Shown: in pieces, positions 62,826 through 62,892 of the stretch | Layout of the letters: every line of letters starts with the position of its first letter | Position numbering within the stretch: the stretch's first letter is position 1 | Source: Ginglymostoma cirratum | Taxonomy: Eukaryota | DNA: 62,892 bases | Direction of reading: 5' to 3' | Assembly (NCBI GenBank): GCA_024137785.1 | Contig: JAHRHZ010000017.1 | Coordinates: 7,600,722-7,663,613, forward strand | The notes under the pieces: model-generated | Database searches by the model: none | What the model was told of the DNA's origin: nothing | What the model saw: only the letters and a program-made list of their open reading frames with translations | Translations under genes and position numbers: made by a program

Positions 62826-62892
62826 GTTACAGAACTAATCCAGGTGCTGAAGTACGATAACAAGCATGGGGCTGGATGACCACAGCAGGTCA
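62826..62892 (-). mobile_element. Subfamily B element, truncated by the window end
   Basis: caggtgctgaagtacgataacaagcatggggctggatgaccacagcaggtca is the reverse complement of the subfamily B 3' end plus tail. Confidence 0.75.

Noticed and set aside
1-62892. CRISPR array, operon or prokaryotic defence system
   Set aside because: The DNA is vertebrate; the repeats are dispersed retroelements, not regularly spaced repeat-spacer units.

Overview
Vertebrate nuclear DNA, most likely from a shark or other elasmobranch (inferred from HE1/V-SINE and SacSINE1/DeuSINE-like repeats plus abundant CR1 LINEs). The only intact protein-coding gene is SLITRK3 on the minus strand. It has one coding exon (probable CDS 13374->10750, 874 aa), a probable non-coding exon 1 ending at a GTAAGT donor at 14914, and a promoter at about 15.2-17.5 kb. 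The gene lies in a roughly 15 kb CpG-retaining, transposon-poor domain. The rest is repeat-rich intergenic DNA: decayed CR1, L2/CR1-like, Rex1/Babar and RTE LINEs, SINEs, solo LTRs and a 400-N gap. The most notable signal is a dispersed family of about 15 short non-coding elements (30-260 bp) resembling Penelope pseudo-LTRs. They carry minimal type I hammerhead ribozyme cores (CTGANGA-A-GGGTC..GACCC-GAAAC-GTH), and several form fold-back inverted repeats with 10-14 bp target-site duplications. There is also a strong CTCF site about 30 kb upstream of the gene and two templated-insertion repair scars. All family assignments come from recognising the sequence by eye, not from database searches.
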